This document shows, one piece after another, positions 10,901-23,821 of a stretch of 64,000 nt of DNA (position 1 is its first letter; each line of letters starts with the position of its first letter). This DNA comes from Podarcis bocagei. Taxonomy: Eukaryota. A program made the translations under genes and the position numbers. Where the stretch lies: the NCBI GenBank assembly GCA_964188305.1, contig OZ076901.1; one strand, 5' to 3'. The notes beneath the pieces were generated by a model. It was not told the origin of the DNA and did not search any database. It saw only the letters and a program-made list of their open reading frames with translations.

Positions 10901-13900
10901 AGGAGGAGCGCCCTTCTGCACTCTGCACATGTTTCGGGGGCAGAAGCTTGTCACACTCCTCTCTCCACAACCTCCACCCATGCTCGGAGGAAGAGAGGAG
11001 CGCTCTTTTGCACTCTGTACATGCGGGGTGGTGGGTTGTGGCGAGGAAAGACGCCTGCTGCTTGTGCCATAAGCAGGGCCTCCGGCAGAGCACATGCCCA
11101 TTTATTGGAGATGGGAAAGCAAACCGAAGAGAAGCTGACCCTGTCCATTATTCTTCCTGCTCCACTGGTTGTCTTCAGGTTGTCTAGGGAGCTCCTTCTT
11201 CATCTTTGGGCACGTGGATGTGCAAAATAAAGCTCCCTCAACCATCCACATGTTCACTTCCCACACCTTGAACCCAGCCTTCCTTCCTTCTCCAACACAC
11301 ACCCCTCTCACTTGCATGTGGGCAGGACACTCCTCCTGCCTGCTGTTGAGCTCCTGCCTAAAAGTGCAGTTTCTGTTCCCCAGGGTTTAGCCTTTTGTAT
11401 TGAGGCAGCTTCTGTAGCTATGATGGTTCCAGGATAACTTTGGAAGAAGAGAGTGATTTTGCTAGAGGGGTCTCTAGGGGGCCCTTGGTAAAGATCTTAT
11501 GGGGGACCAAGGGAGCTTAGGGCAGATTAGGACACTTGGTTTCAGGCAAGACCTTTCCCCCAGCATGGCCTGGAGGAGCATGTGGGCTGCAACCTCTCCT
11601 GCCCACCTCACTGCATTCCTCCCACTTCCTGTTGCTCTTTCTGCTCTGCATCATTTTCCACTCTTGGCCCTGGTTGCAATTAGTCACAATAACTTGCCTG
11701 GCCAGGCTTTTCATTTGACAGTGCACTGGAGTGTCATTCAGCTTTTGTCTTTTTACTCCCTTCTCATTAAATTATTTTAGTATCAGATCCTGGACTTCTT
11801 TATCCTTCCAAGTTCCCCATCTATTGCTGCTCTTCTTCTAGAGCTCCTGTCTTACTCCTCTTGGGGCTTCCAACACAGAAAAGCTCAGGTTTCCTTTCCC
11901 CTCCCTCCTGTTTCACTTTCATTCAAAGCCTTGGAACATTTAATCACCCTGCTGTGTGGTGCTAATCCAGGTGCTTTAGTTGAAAGCAGTGGGTGCTGAA
12001 TGTCCTGAGGGAGCCCCGTCACTGCCTAGAGACCAGCCAGGCTTTTTTCTCAAGGCTGAATGTGCCAGTTTGGGATCAACAGTTGTGCTTGCTGCCAGAC
12101 TGTGTTGAGAGAGATTCTGTTGTTTGTTCTTTATCAGCTTTACCATTGTATTTTAAAAAGGGCAGGTTAGACACTTCGAGTGATGTTGGTTTCAGCCAGA
12201 ATAGTTAGGTGTGTAAATGGTCTAAACAATAAAGAAAAAGACCCAACTCAGGCGTGTGTCCTTTTGCTGGCAGTAGCTTTCCTGTGAGGGGTAGGGCTGT
12301 GTCCCAGTGGTAGGACAGAGTCCTAGAAAGAATCTCCAGGAAGGGCTGAGAGTGTCCCCTGCTGAAGACCCTGGAGAGCCTCTGCCAATCAATACAGACA
12401 GTACTAAGCTAGCTGGACCAGTTTGGTCCAAGCTCTATGTAGGACAGCTTCTTGTGTTCTAAAAGGCTAATGTATTGGAGGCTTTTTTGTTTAGCAGCAA
12501 ATAACACTACTAAGGTAGGGACTAGATAGATGCTTAAGAAATTACACATGGCGTATAGGAAATGGTGAGATTATATGGAGACTTCCTTCCACCATAAGAC
12601 TGGAACCTCAGGTGGCTGATTACTTTGATTGCCAGTAGACAAGAAAATGCTTCTTCCTATAGGCAGGATTAATCCATGGGGCTTGCTTACTGCAAGCTGT
12701 AGTGTTGGCCTCTGGCTTAGATGGCATGTTCAGAGGAGGAGGAGGGTTGTTGATGGCTGAATGGAACCTTCAGACATCTTCAGGGGCAGCTTCCCTCTGA
12801 ATCAGATGCTGGGAAGGGTTGCTGCCCCTTCCCCCCTGTTTGGGGGCTTCCCAGAGGCACCAGGATGGCTAATGTGAGAAGCATCAGGATGCAGGGTGTG
12901 GTGGTTCTTGTAGCTGCAGTGTGATCTGCTTGTTTCCTCACAGAGGATTGGATTCTCAGCATCATTCCAGTCCCTTGTGTGGAAGTGGCTTGTCCAAAAC
13001 TTTCTGCATTGTGATGAGTTCAGAGATGGCAAGTCCAGGAAATGTGTGCTGTGAAGAGAGAAATACCTTTTTGTCTTCTGCAGGAAATTGTCTTACATAA
13101 AGGCATCCCTGAAGTCATAGAAGGCCTGAATGTTGATGTGCTTGCCTTGCATTAAGGAATTAAGGAAAGCATTCCATCATATCCCTCTCCTGTCTTGAGA
13201 GGCTGCTGGGGCAGGACTTTTCCTTACAAAGTAGGTGGGGAGCCCATTTCGGCACCTCATTTCTTTGAACATGAATCAGCCAACTTTAAACTGTTAGAGG
13301 AGACCCTCTCTCCTTCCACAAGCTCATGTGGGTGTTCAATAGAATGCCATACATTTGATGTGATGTATCTGAGCTTCACAACCTCCATATGTGTGTGTTT
13401 GTTAGGTTAGGTGATTGTAACAGCTCAGCAGTGATTTTAATTAGATGGAGATTGTTTGATGTATATCTTTCAGATGAATAACAGAAGCCTTCCACACTTG
13501 AATCCAGCCACTGCTGCACTAGTGTTCAGGTTGGTGTAGTGAGGAGTGTGTCTGCCAAGTATTTTGCCAGGGCAGTAAAGCAACCGGCGGTATAAACTGA
13601 TGGATCATGTGTCTTCCTATTTGTGGCTGAGGTTATTGACACTCAGAGCGCCATCAGTCCTCAGCTTTTGAGCGTGTGTAGTTTCCCCCAGGTTCTTCTT
13701 ACAAAGTGGATCATGGCTGTGAAAAGAAACCCCTTGTAGTGGCCAAGAAGAGAACTTGCCTGTTCAGTTTGAGGGTTTCCTTTTCTAGCTTGTACTTTTT
13801 GAGGAAAGGCCAGCTACTCTTTGGGCATCTTCTTTCCCCTTGTCTTGACTGACCCGTGTTCTTTTCTCTCTTCAGGGACCACCTCTCTGCATCACCTCAT

Positions 13901-16900
13901 TTTATGCTTTCCCCTCGACGGCGCTACCCCATCCAGCAGGCACAGTACGCCTCTCTGGGGACCCTGCCCTCAATCTGCTGGGATGGATATCGGCGTAAAA
14001 ACAGGCTGTCTGTCCACAACTCCAGCCTGGCCCGGAGCCCTGTGACGGTGAAGATTGCTCGACCAGACAGCAGCCTCTGCCGTTCCCCACTGTAAGTCTC
14101 TGGCTAGGATCTGTCCCAAGCCAAGCAATTCCTTCGTGGGTTTATTTTTTATTTTTTAATAATCAAAAGATTAACAAAAGCAACAAACAGTAAGCATAAC
14201 AAAATGCAACAAGACAAAACAAAAAACCCAAGCACTTTAAAAAAAACAGACTAAAACACAATTCCAATAAATGTTTAAAATGACTGGGTAGAGCTAGGAG
14301 AAATTGGGAAGATCCCTTCTGGTGGATTTTGATTTTGTAAAATTGGGGTGTATACACAGCCTAAATCTCACTTGGCCCTGTTGCCTCATTAGGCCAGTCC
14401 TGATTGGTTGGTGTGAGCGGCCAAGCCTCTCTTCCTCCTCTTCAGCTGATGGCCCTAGAATGACTTCTTAATCAGCATCAGCTTGCTGCCCTAGAAGAGC
14501 TTTGTGAGGTCATGAGCAAGCCCTCAGGCTGATGTGGAGAGAGACTCCTTGCAGCCATAACTCTTGCCAACAAGATCTCACTGGATTCAGGCGGGTGGGG
14601 ACACCTCGCCTCCTGAGGGAGAGCATATTGTTGGGGTGCGGGAGAGCTCCGATTCCTTATGACTACTGTTTCTTCCTATTAACAGGTTGGAGCAGCTGGC
14701 TTCCCCCGTGGCTTTCTCTGCAACGCCCAACAGTACCCTGGACCCATGCGCCAAAGAGACGGTCTTGAGCGCTCTCAGGGAGAGCCGAAAGAGGGCCGTG
14801 GAGGAGGAGGAGGAGGGAGAGGAGGACCGGAATGTCCCAGGTGGCCAGGAGAGCAAGAGGAGGTAAAAGCCAGCAGTGGCCTGTCTGGTTGCCAGCAGCA
14901 TCCGTTAGGGCACAAAGGGGCTGAGATCCTGGGACTGAAGATGTCTGCCCACTGATGCTTAATCACTGAGAAAAGGCAGAAACAACCCAAGTCGTACCTT
15001 GCCCCTATCAAGGCTGGAGTGGGTTCTTGGTGACATAGTGAGCCTCAGGTTCCTACATGTTGTTGGAGCTCTCTGTATCCCCCAAGTCTCTTAAGTGAGG
15101 GAACTACACGGTTGTTTAAGGGACCTGTGCACAAGTGCTTGAGTATTCAGGTGCTTGCAGGTGCTTTTCCTCCTCCCTGGGCCTCCAACTGGGCTTGTGG
15201 TTGCATGGGGGAGACAAATCCCAAGCCCGTATTGCTACGGGTCATACGGGTTGCACAGCCAGGAAGAGGAGTGTGGCAATCATGATTCTCACTCTACACC
15301 CACACATTCTCAGCCTCATGCTCAATTACGGTTTGGCTTTGCTTTGCTTCCAAACTGGACCATGGCACTGTTGCAATGTGGCTTTGTGGGGGTGAGAGGC
15401 TGCTGAGATGGACTTCAGTTTCAATTAGCTGAAAAATCTAAAAGACCAAGACCCCTCTCTCAAAACCATTTGACTAATTTCTGAATAGCCCCCTTCAAAA
15501 ATGAATGAAATGGTAAACCACCAGCCCCTTGCATCACCTGCTAAGTTGCACCAAGATTTAAACTGGGGTCTTCCAAGGTTGTTGGCATCCGCCACCGTGC
15601 CATCCCTTGCCTTGCCAGGCTGAGAGCTGAGTTGGCCTTGCTCAGTATCGTAATGAGCTGGATCCATGCTTGTGACAGCTACCCTCTTACGTTTTCTGAA
15701 GACCTTTTTTCCCTTTTCTCTCCCCCCTTCCAGGCGCCATGATAGCAGCGGGAGTGGACAGTCTGCCTTTGAGCCCTTGGTGGCCAACGGCGCCCCAGCA
15801 TCTTTGGTCCCCAAGTAAGTACTGAGAGCTTTGCCTGGAAAAAGGCTTCCTCCTAATAATGGTATTAACAAATAATGGTGGAGTGTAGGGGAGCAGTGCT
15901 CATTACACCAATCAAGTTCAGAGGCCTGACCTCCATCCTCTCCCCTCCCCTCACCTGCATTGAAGTATTTTTAAAAAGAGAGAAACCACAGTTGGATCTG
16001 CTTCATCATGTGTCCTTTGGCCCTGTCGAAGGTGGCTCACTGTGCTACTGCCATCTCTGCCTCTTGCCCCTAGGCCTGGCTCCCTGAAGCGCTGCCTCCT
16101 CTTGTCCCACTGCCTGGAAGAAGGCTCCTCCAAGAGGTCGCGTACCTCCTCCCTCAGCTCCATCAACAGCCTGCCTGTAGGGGGCATCCCTAGCTCCATC
16201 CGCAATGCCATCGCCAGCTCCTACAGTTCCACCCGGGGCCTCTCACAGGTACGTGCCAGTCCCTTGGCTTCTTTTCCCCATGGTCAGGGAGGCTGGAGAT
16301 ATTTAGCATCACAAGTCATGATATATCAACTGAGCGGCAATCCCTTTGTGTAAATTAATAAGAAAATCAGTAGTTCTAAATCCAGTGTTACAATAGTTGT
16401 TTTTCAATGGTCTTCATCATAAATGTTTAAACTGTTTTTCTCATATTTAAAAAAAACCAAAAGTTTATACCTGAGAAGTCAAGCTTAGGTCCCCCCCCCC
16501 TTACTGTTAGAGATTATACATTTTCAACTGGTATAATTCATAGCATGTTGACTGGAACTGATGAGTCATAGTCCAAAACATCTGGAGCCCAGTTTGCAGA
16601 AGGCTGCCCTAGTTCTAGATAAAATTGAACATGGGGATGGCAAAGCCACACTGGACAATTGAGATGCCCCTGAGAGTTCCTACTTGTAGAAGGGCCAGCT
16701 GACAGCATATAGCTTTAGTTAATCTTTGAAAGTTATCCCTGAAATGAAATGCCTTTAGGACACGGAACATGAAAGGCCTCTCAGAGTTCCAAAAATATTT
16801 TCATCTCCTAGGAACATTGTTGCTCCGTGTCTTGACTTCTTGCATCATCGTACTTCATCTTATTTTATATTCTAATTCTCTGGGTTGGCCTGTTGGCCCT

Positions 16901-19900
16901 TCACCCAGCTACCTGGCGGACATGAAGCCAGTCTGGGTTTGGTCAGTGCTTGAATTGGAAGCCCCCATGAAAGCACTTTCATCTTGAATTATATGCGAGA
17001 ACAGCAGGGTGTGAACATGCTTACAAAGTGTGTTACTTCATCTGTTGGTAAATATAGAAGGCAAGATTTAGTAATTGCATTACTCTGATCTTGCTGTGAC
17101 TTTTGCCGTGTTCCAGGATTTCGTTCATTTTATATCTGTTAAGACAGGGGGCATCTGTGGTGCCCTCCAGATGCTGTTAGACTCTAGCAGCCCATCCAGG
17201 CAGGACGACGAATGGTCAGGGTGATGGGGGTTCCAGTCAGCAATGCCTCGAATGCTGCCATAGGTTCTCCATTCTTGGATTAAATCATCTGGCTGGAGCT
17301 GATGGGCACTGTAGCCCAGCAACATCCAAAGGGCCTCAGGTTGGCTGAGGCTGTGCTAAGTGGTTTCACTAGAGCTCCAGCTAAGAGGTGTGTGATGCTG
17401 CCATCTTACTCTGCCTCTGCTGTCCTCTTTCCTTCCCTCCTCCAGGTATGGAAGAGGAGCGGCCCAAGCACCTCTCCTCTCTCCAGCCCAGCATCCTCCC
17501 GTTCTCAGACACCTGAGAGGCCGAACAAAAAAGCAAGATACCCCAATGCCAGCCTCACGTGAGTGCACCTTCTCCCTTCCTGCTTCTGGCAGTGTGGGGC
17601 CAAGGCCGGGAAGGGCCAGGAGGCCGGCTGGAGGGGGGTTCAAGGACTCCCCCCTTCCCCATGGTTCCCATCCAGAGCAACACCTCCCTTTCCTTTCACA
17701 TTGCCACAGCTTTCCTATGTTGATGCGCCCTCTGGAAAAGAGTGCTGTTTCTGAGTGAAAGCATTAGAGGTCTTGTACAAGACCAACTTTGCCTTTGAAT
17801 AGGTGGAAGGCTTCTGTGAAATGGGAAAGCTGACTCCTTAATGTGGGTGTTTTCGGACAGCACAAGGTACATTTTATAGCAAGGGTCCTCCAAGGCATCC
17901 GTTTCCTTAGCTACACCCCTTCACCTGCCAGAGTATTGAGAGCAATGAGTCCTCAAGAGTCAGGTCTCACTGGCTTTCTCCTTTTGCTCCAGGGATGATG
18001 AGTCTCACCAGTCTATCAACTCCACACCTGTGAGGACAGACAAGGAGGTGCCAGCAGAGAAGAATGAGTGTGAGTAGGCAGGTGGAGGGGGCCAGGGATG
18101 CTTTGCTAATAAAAAGGTGGACATACCTGGAGCAGGAACCAGAATTGATGTGGCATTGGTTCTGTTGTGATGATCTTAAAGGAAAAAACGAACAAATGCA
18201 AAACTCTTGGTGGGTGGAGCGGGCGGGTGGGCAGAATGTTTATCTCAATACAGGCTAGTTGGGAAGACTTTAGAATGGCCGGAGGCAGGGGATGTATCTT
18301 AACGTGTAGCAATCCAGATCTCCCTGGAGCTTCCACTATCCCTGGCCGTCAGCCACACTGGCTGTCAGGAGTGAGGGGAGTTGTCAGCAGCATTTGGAGG
18401 GCTGGATGCTACACGTCTCAGCAACCCCATTTTAGAAGGTTTTTCCTCTCACTTCCCATGTTCACATTATGTCCACCTGGGATTTATTAGAAGCTTAAAG
18501 TGACAGTATTTAGAAACAGGCCACCAGTGCTGCAGAATCCCAAGCCTCCTTTGGCTGGGCAGGGCCTCATGCATAAAACCGCGGGCTTACCAACTCTGGC
18601 CTCTTCTTCTTGCAGCAGCAGAGATGCCCCTGCGGAGCAGGCACAGCTCACCAGTGTCGCCACCTTCATCAGGCAGCACTGGCAAGCGCAAGCGGAAGAT
18701 CCAGTTGCTCTCCACTCGGCGGGAAGATAATTTCACCATGGTACGCTCCTTCTGTTCCTTTTTCTGGACTTAGTTGGCCTTGAGGACAAGGTTGGAGTGA
18801 GAGAGAATGAGTGCCAACCTCTTGACTCACTGCCTTTTGCCTTGACTGAGTCAAAGGTTGCTGACCACTTTGACTGCCCCTGGTGTAAACAAGGCTGAGC
18901 CAGGTAGACTGTCTTGGTGTCAGGCTGCTGCCTCTGCTGCCCCTTGGAGGGCTTTCCCTCCTTCCTCTGGGGGCCCACTGGACTGCCATGCTCACCTGAA
19001 GCAAGCAATGTCCCTCCTCTTCTCTCCACAGCCTCTTCCGCCTCAGCTGGGCTATTCTGTCACTTCTGCTGACCTGGATGCAGAAAAGAAGGCTGCTCTG
19101 CAGTGGTTCAACAGAGTCCTGGAGGACAAGACTGGTAGGAGCACCCTCTCCCCTCTGTGTATGAACTGCCTCAAGTTTAGGGAGGGGAGGGCATTGGAAT
19201 AAGGGGCTTGCAGAGTAAAATAAAACAGAAAACAGGGATTTTTGGATCTCCTCAAGAAGGTCCCTTTAGTGGCTCTCAGGAATAGCAGGTCTATCAATTG
19301 GCTTTGTACATTTGGTTGCCTCCTTGGTTGTTGTGTTTGGGTGCCCCTGGGTTTATTCTGCATTTATATCCTGCTTAATACATTTTTTTAAAGCCCTAAG
19401 CACTCTGCTCCTTACATGCTGGTCCTCCCCAACAGATTCCACTCCCAGACTCTCAGCGCCGATGACCTCACCACCCAGCACCCTGTCTTTCGGGACAATA
19501 CCTAACAAGTCCACTGCTGTGTCGCTGGCTGTCACAGCTGCCAGCACCAACCCCCTCCTGGAGAGCCTGAAGAAGATGCAAGATGGGCAGAGCTCCTCAG
19601 GGCTAGCTGGTGAGTGGTTTGGGGAGGCCTTGGGGGATGACAGTAGCTTGGCTATGATGTGATTGAGGGTGCAGCTCTTCCCAATGGCGTTCTGCCTTCC
19701 TGCTGCAGAAACCTAGCCATGCTGGTTTGGAAAGGGGTGTGGGAGGGAGATTCCAGAGGGGTTTTTATCTGGTGGAGGGCACCTGATGACCCTGGGGGCT
19801 AAAGGACCTGAGTTACTTAGTTTCTTTAAGGCATCATAACATTAAAAGCTGATCAATTGCAGTTTTTCAAGGGGGCACAAAAAATAGCTTGGGTGACACT

Positions 19901-22900
19901 TCCTTTCAAAGAGTCGGAATTTCCTACCTTACCTTGGGAGCTTCTCTAATTTGGAGTGCCTACTTGCAGGAGAACCTCTTCCAGGGTTGCCAGCCTGATG
20001 TTGATTTCTACCACCTCCCCCAGCCAACCACAGCCAGTCACTAGGCATGATGGGAGCTGTAGTCCAACTACATGTGGGGAGAGGGCGCTGCCTTGGCTGC
20101 CCCTACTCTACCTCTGTGTGCTCTGTAAGGCATGTTTCCCTTTCTGGGACTGCAGCTCCTATCAGCCGCAGCCAGCAGTGCTGTATGATGTTGGGACTGG
20201 AGGGAGCTGAGCAGTATTAGCCCACAGCTGGTGGGAGTTTCCGTTTCAGGTAGCTGTTCTTAAGGTGGTCTGTGGAATCCCCGCTCCTGTGTGCAGTAGA
20301 CTTGCTTGTAGCTTCATGAAGAGTCTTCCTTGAGGAATGTCCAGTCTTGTTAAGATCAGGGAGACCTTAAGTCTCAGGTCAAAACCAGCTGGTTACTCTA
20401 AGCCACTTTCCAGGGATTAATGGACAAAGTTAACTACATCAGAGGAGGTGGGGAGAGAGAGGTTGGCACAGTATTCTGGAATTCCTGACAAGTTTCTTGA
20501 GGGCACAGACTCCCCTCCCCCACAATTTGCTTCTTTGCCGTGTGCAGATGTTAGTTTCTGTCAAGACAGATGAGTTAAGTCTCAGCCCTCTTCAACCTCC
20601 CTGTATGTAATCACAGCTGGGGTGGCTGAAGGAGAATATACAAGTTGCAGGATTTCTCATTTGACATTGCATCTTAAAGGCAAGCTGAGGACTGATATCT
20701 GATGAAGGAGGAGGCCGGGGGGCATTGAGAGAAAATAGTGGTTGTCTGATGCAAAACAGAGAACTGTTGTTGATGAGCTTTCCCTGTTGAGCAGCATTTC
20801 CTCTCTGATATAGTGACAATGCTCTTCCTCCCCTGCTATTCCAGGTCCTGGGTCTGCTGCAGAGATCCCTCCGCTGTCAGCCGCTTCTCCTTCCCTGGAT
20901 TTGGGATCTTCCATGCCCATGAGCTCCCCTGAGGTGACCAAGGCCCCACTGCTGTCACTCGGTGTCCCAGCGCCCCTGGCTACTACAGCACTGTCTTCTT
21001 CCTCCAGTGCTGCCCAGCCTGCCAGCAGCACCTGCAGCCCAATGGCTGCCTCCACTTCTGAGCTGGGCCAGACTCCAGCACGGCCTGCCTCTGCCCCGAA
21101 GCCCAGCACCCTCTTTGGGATTCTTACTAGCCCTCCTGCAGCCCCTGTGTCAACAACAACAACAACTGCCTCTCCTGCACCTGAGGCAGCACCCATGTTC
21201 AAGCCTGTCTTTGGCAGCCTGGTGAAGAGCGAGGGGCTGGGTTTCTCCATGAGTAGCACCACCACGACTGGGCCTGCCCCGGCTACTGGGACTCTGCCCT
21301 CCTCCTTGGCTGCTCCTCCTGTCACCTCCAGCAGCACTTTCAAGCCCGTATTTGGGGCTCCGCCCCCACCAGCCACCTCAGCTCTTCCTGCAACAGTGGC
21401 AGCTGCCTCGCCGTTCACCTTCCAGCCGGCGCCCGTGCCCACCCTGCCCGCCAGCAGCTCCACCACCACAGCTACGCCTGGGTTCCCCATTCCCCTGGAA
21501 GCCACTGTGACCACCACTGCAGCATCTCTGCTCTCCACCACAGCCAACTCCATAGCTGTCTCCTCAAGCAAGGCAGTCTTTGGCTTTGGGCCCACCATGC
21601 CGGCCTCCACAGCTGCACCTAGCAGCACCTCTGCCACCGCACCAGCATCATCCCAGCATCCCTCGCTCTTTGGGGCCCCATCCACTAGCGGCACTGCTCC
21701 CCTTTTCCAATTTGGCAAGCAGGTTGCCCCTACAGGTCCCACTCTCAGCCCCTTGGTGAGCTCTGCCTTCAGCCAGGCACCCTCCTGCAACACAGAGGCG
21801 GCTCCCAGCACCACCACCACCACGGCAGGCTTCAGCCTCTTCGGCAACAGCGGTGCCACAACGGCCCCTTCGGCCACAACACAGCCTCCCTTGATGTTTG
21901 GGTCCGGCACCTCTGCATTCACAGGGGGCTTTGGCACGGCTTCCAAGCCACCGCCTCCATACCCAACGGACACCAGCCAGCTGGCTTTGGACACAACAGT
22001 TGCCGAGAGTCAACAGGCAACCACCAAGCCATCTGCAGGGCCTGTGAGCTTTGAATCTCATTTCAACTTCTCCCAGCCAGCGGCCCAACCAGCTTTTGGC
22101 AGCCCCTCACAGACACCCTTCAGTGGGACTGGGGCCCTACCATCCTTTGGTGCAAAAAGCACCACCCAGCCAGCATTTGGAGCTACCACCTCTGTCTTCT
22201 CCTTTGGGACGGCCACGACCTCCACCACGTCAGGCTTTGGGTCCAACACTCAGACCACGAGCAGCAACAGCAGTGCAGGAGGCCCGGTGTTTGGGAGCTC
22301 AGCTCCCACTCCCTTCAGCTTTGGGGCAGCCAACCAGGCCCCTGGAGCAGTCAATGCCTTTGGCATGGGTGCAGCTGCTGCTGCTGGCACTGCAAATCCC
22401 GGAGCGGCTCCCGTGAGCTTTAGCTTTGGCAGTGGACAGATTGGGGCAGCAGGGGCAGCAGCAGCGGCAACACCCTTTGGATCTTCTTTGGCACAAAACC
22501 CTCTGGGAGCCCAGAGCCAGAGCTCTGGTTTCGCTTTCAACATCCCTGGCACGCAAGAGAGCAAGCCAGCCTTTGGAGGTGAGTCGTTCCTCAACCTGAG
22601 ATGGACACATACCTGGGTCCTGGGCAAGGGAGGTGGAGGGCAGGGTGGGTCTGCTGCAGCCATGCCCCTAGCTCCTTTCTCTCCAGGGTTGGCCGCCTTT
22701 AAAAAACAGGTTGTAAATACAACTGCGTTTGCCCACTGTCACCATTCTTCATCCTCTTCTCTTTGCAAAGCCTGAGAATTTGAGAGACATTGTCAGGTAC
22801 AATCTGTTAAACGTAGGGGAAGGGAGGAGAGAAACGCTTTCCCTGCCACATGGAGGTTCTGTGTACACTCACTCCCCTGGATCCAGGTCTTACATCCATG

Positions 22901-23821
22901 CTCCTCCCTCCTCCTTATTTCCTTCCCTTTTCCTCCACTCCTAGTCTAAAGTTTTAGATCTTCCCAAAGCCTGGATTTTGACAGCAGAATAAATCATGCA
23001 AAGTCTATGGGTGTGCACAGATGCCAAGGTTTTTATGCTTTGCTGGACTCGCTCTGCCTTCCTGCTAGGGAGCTTTAGAGCATGAAGCTTCAGTCCTTCA
23101 TGTCAGTGACAGACTGAGGCATGTTGAGAGAGGAGGGGGACATTTCTCCCTTGGCTGGGAGACAGGCGGGTCCAGACTGACCTGCCTCATTCTGTCCCAT
23201 TGGGCTTGCATTGTCTTGCAAAGGCAGAGAAGGACTGGCTCTTTTACTCCCAGTCCCATGCAGTAAAGCGCAGAGACTAGCATCTTGGCTTTGTTTCCCC
23301 TTGGGTGCATGTCCCTACTCTGGTGGGCCGCTCATTTCACCACCTTTTGGTCTTCTAGGAGCTCCACCACCCACATTTGGGCAGAGCTCGCCAGCACCAG
23401 GAGCGGGCACAGTGGGGGGCAGCACCCTTTCCTTTGGAACATCCATCACCCCCACCTTTGGAAGTGCCGGACCTCCTTTTGGTAAGAGTCTGGGAAGATG
23501 AGCAGAGTTTTATGGGACAGGATTTCTGTCTGCTTCCTTGCTCCCATGAACTTGAGGGGGTTGGGTGTATGGTGGGGGGGGGCTGTGGGATACCCCAGCA
23601 TACATTTCCCCCTTATCCATCCGGCCCTGCGTGGCAGAAGGGGCTGTTGCTGTGAGCCCTCTGACCTCGGTCTATGTAGCCAAGACTGATATGGGGGCTT
23701 CTTGTTGCTTCTGTCTTTCCCTGCAGGACCCCCAGCCCCCACCTTCTCCATCGGGGCAGGATCCAAGACTGGCTCCCGCCAGCGGCTACAAGCCCGGAGG
23801 CAGCACACCCGCAAGAAGTAG
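10375..23821 (+). CDS. POM121: Nuclear envelope pore membrane protein POM121, ~1218 aa. Exons 10375-10838, 13876-14091, 14686-14862, 15734-15814, 16074-16248, 17446-17558, 17993-18069, 18616-18740, 19032-19134, 19436-19609, 20845-22578, 23359-23481, 23727-23821.
   Basis: N-terminal hydrophobic segment [27 protein letters not shown]121 motifs [87 protein letters not shown] and [12 protein letters not shown]. Ser/Thr/Pro-rich FG-repeat exon (1734 nt). C-terminus [14 protein letters not shown]. Total 3657 nt, phases consistent, all GT-AG. Confidence 0.96.
12292..12460 (+). mobile_element. Old tRNA-derived squamate SINE (Squam3-like)
   Basis: CTGAAGACCCTGGAGAGCC.CTGCCA.TCA...GACAGTACT.AGCTAG.TGGACCA...CAGCTTC. 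Confidence 0.55.

Noticed and set aside
10111-11101. Several long overlapping ORFs on both strands
   Set aside because: Expected stop-codon scarcity in a GC-rich CpG island; only the frame starting at 10375 splices in phase to POM121 exon 2.
20657-21994. 445-aa antisense ORF
   Set aside because: Shadow of the Ser/Thr/Ala/Pro-rich POM121 exon 11; low-complexity Gly/Ala/Val product with no domain.
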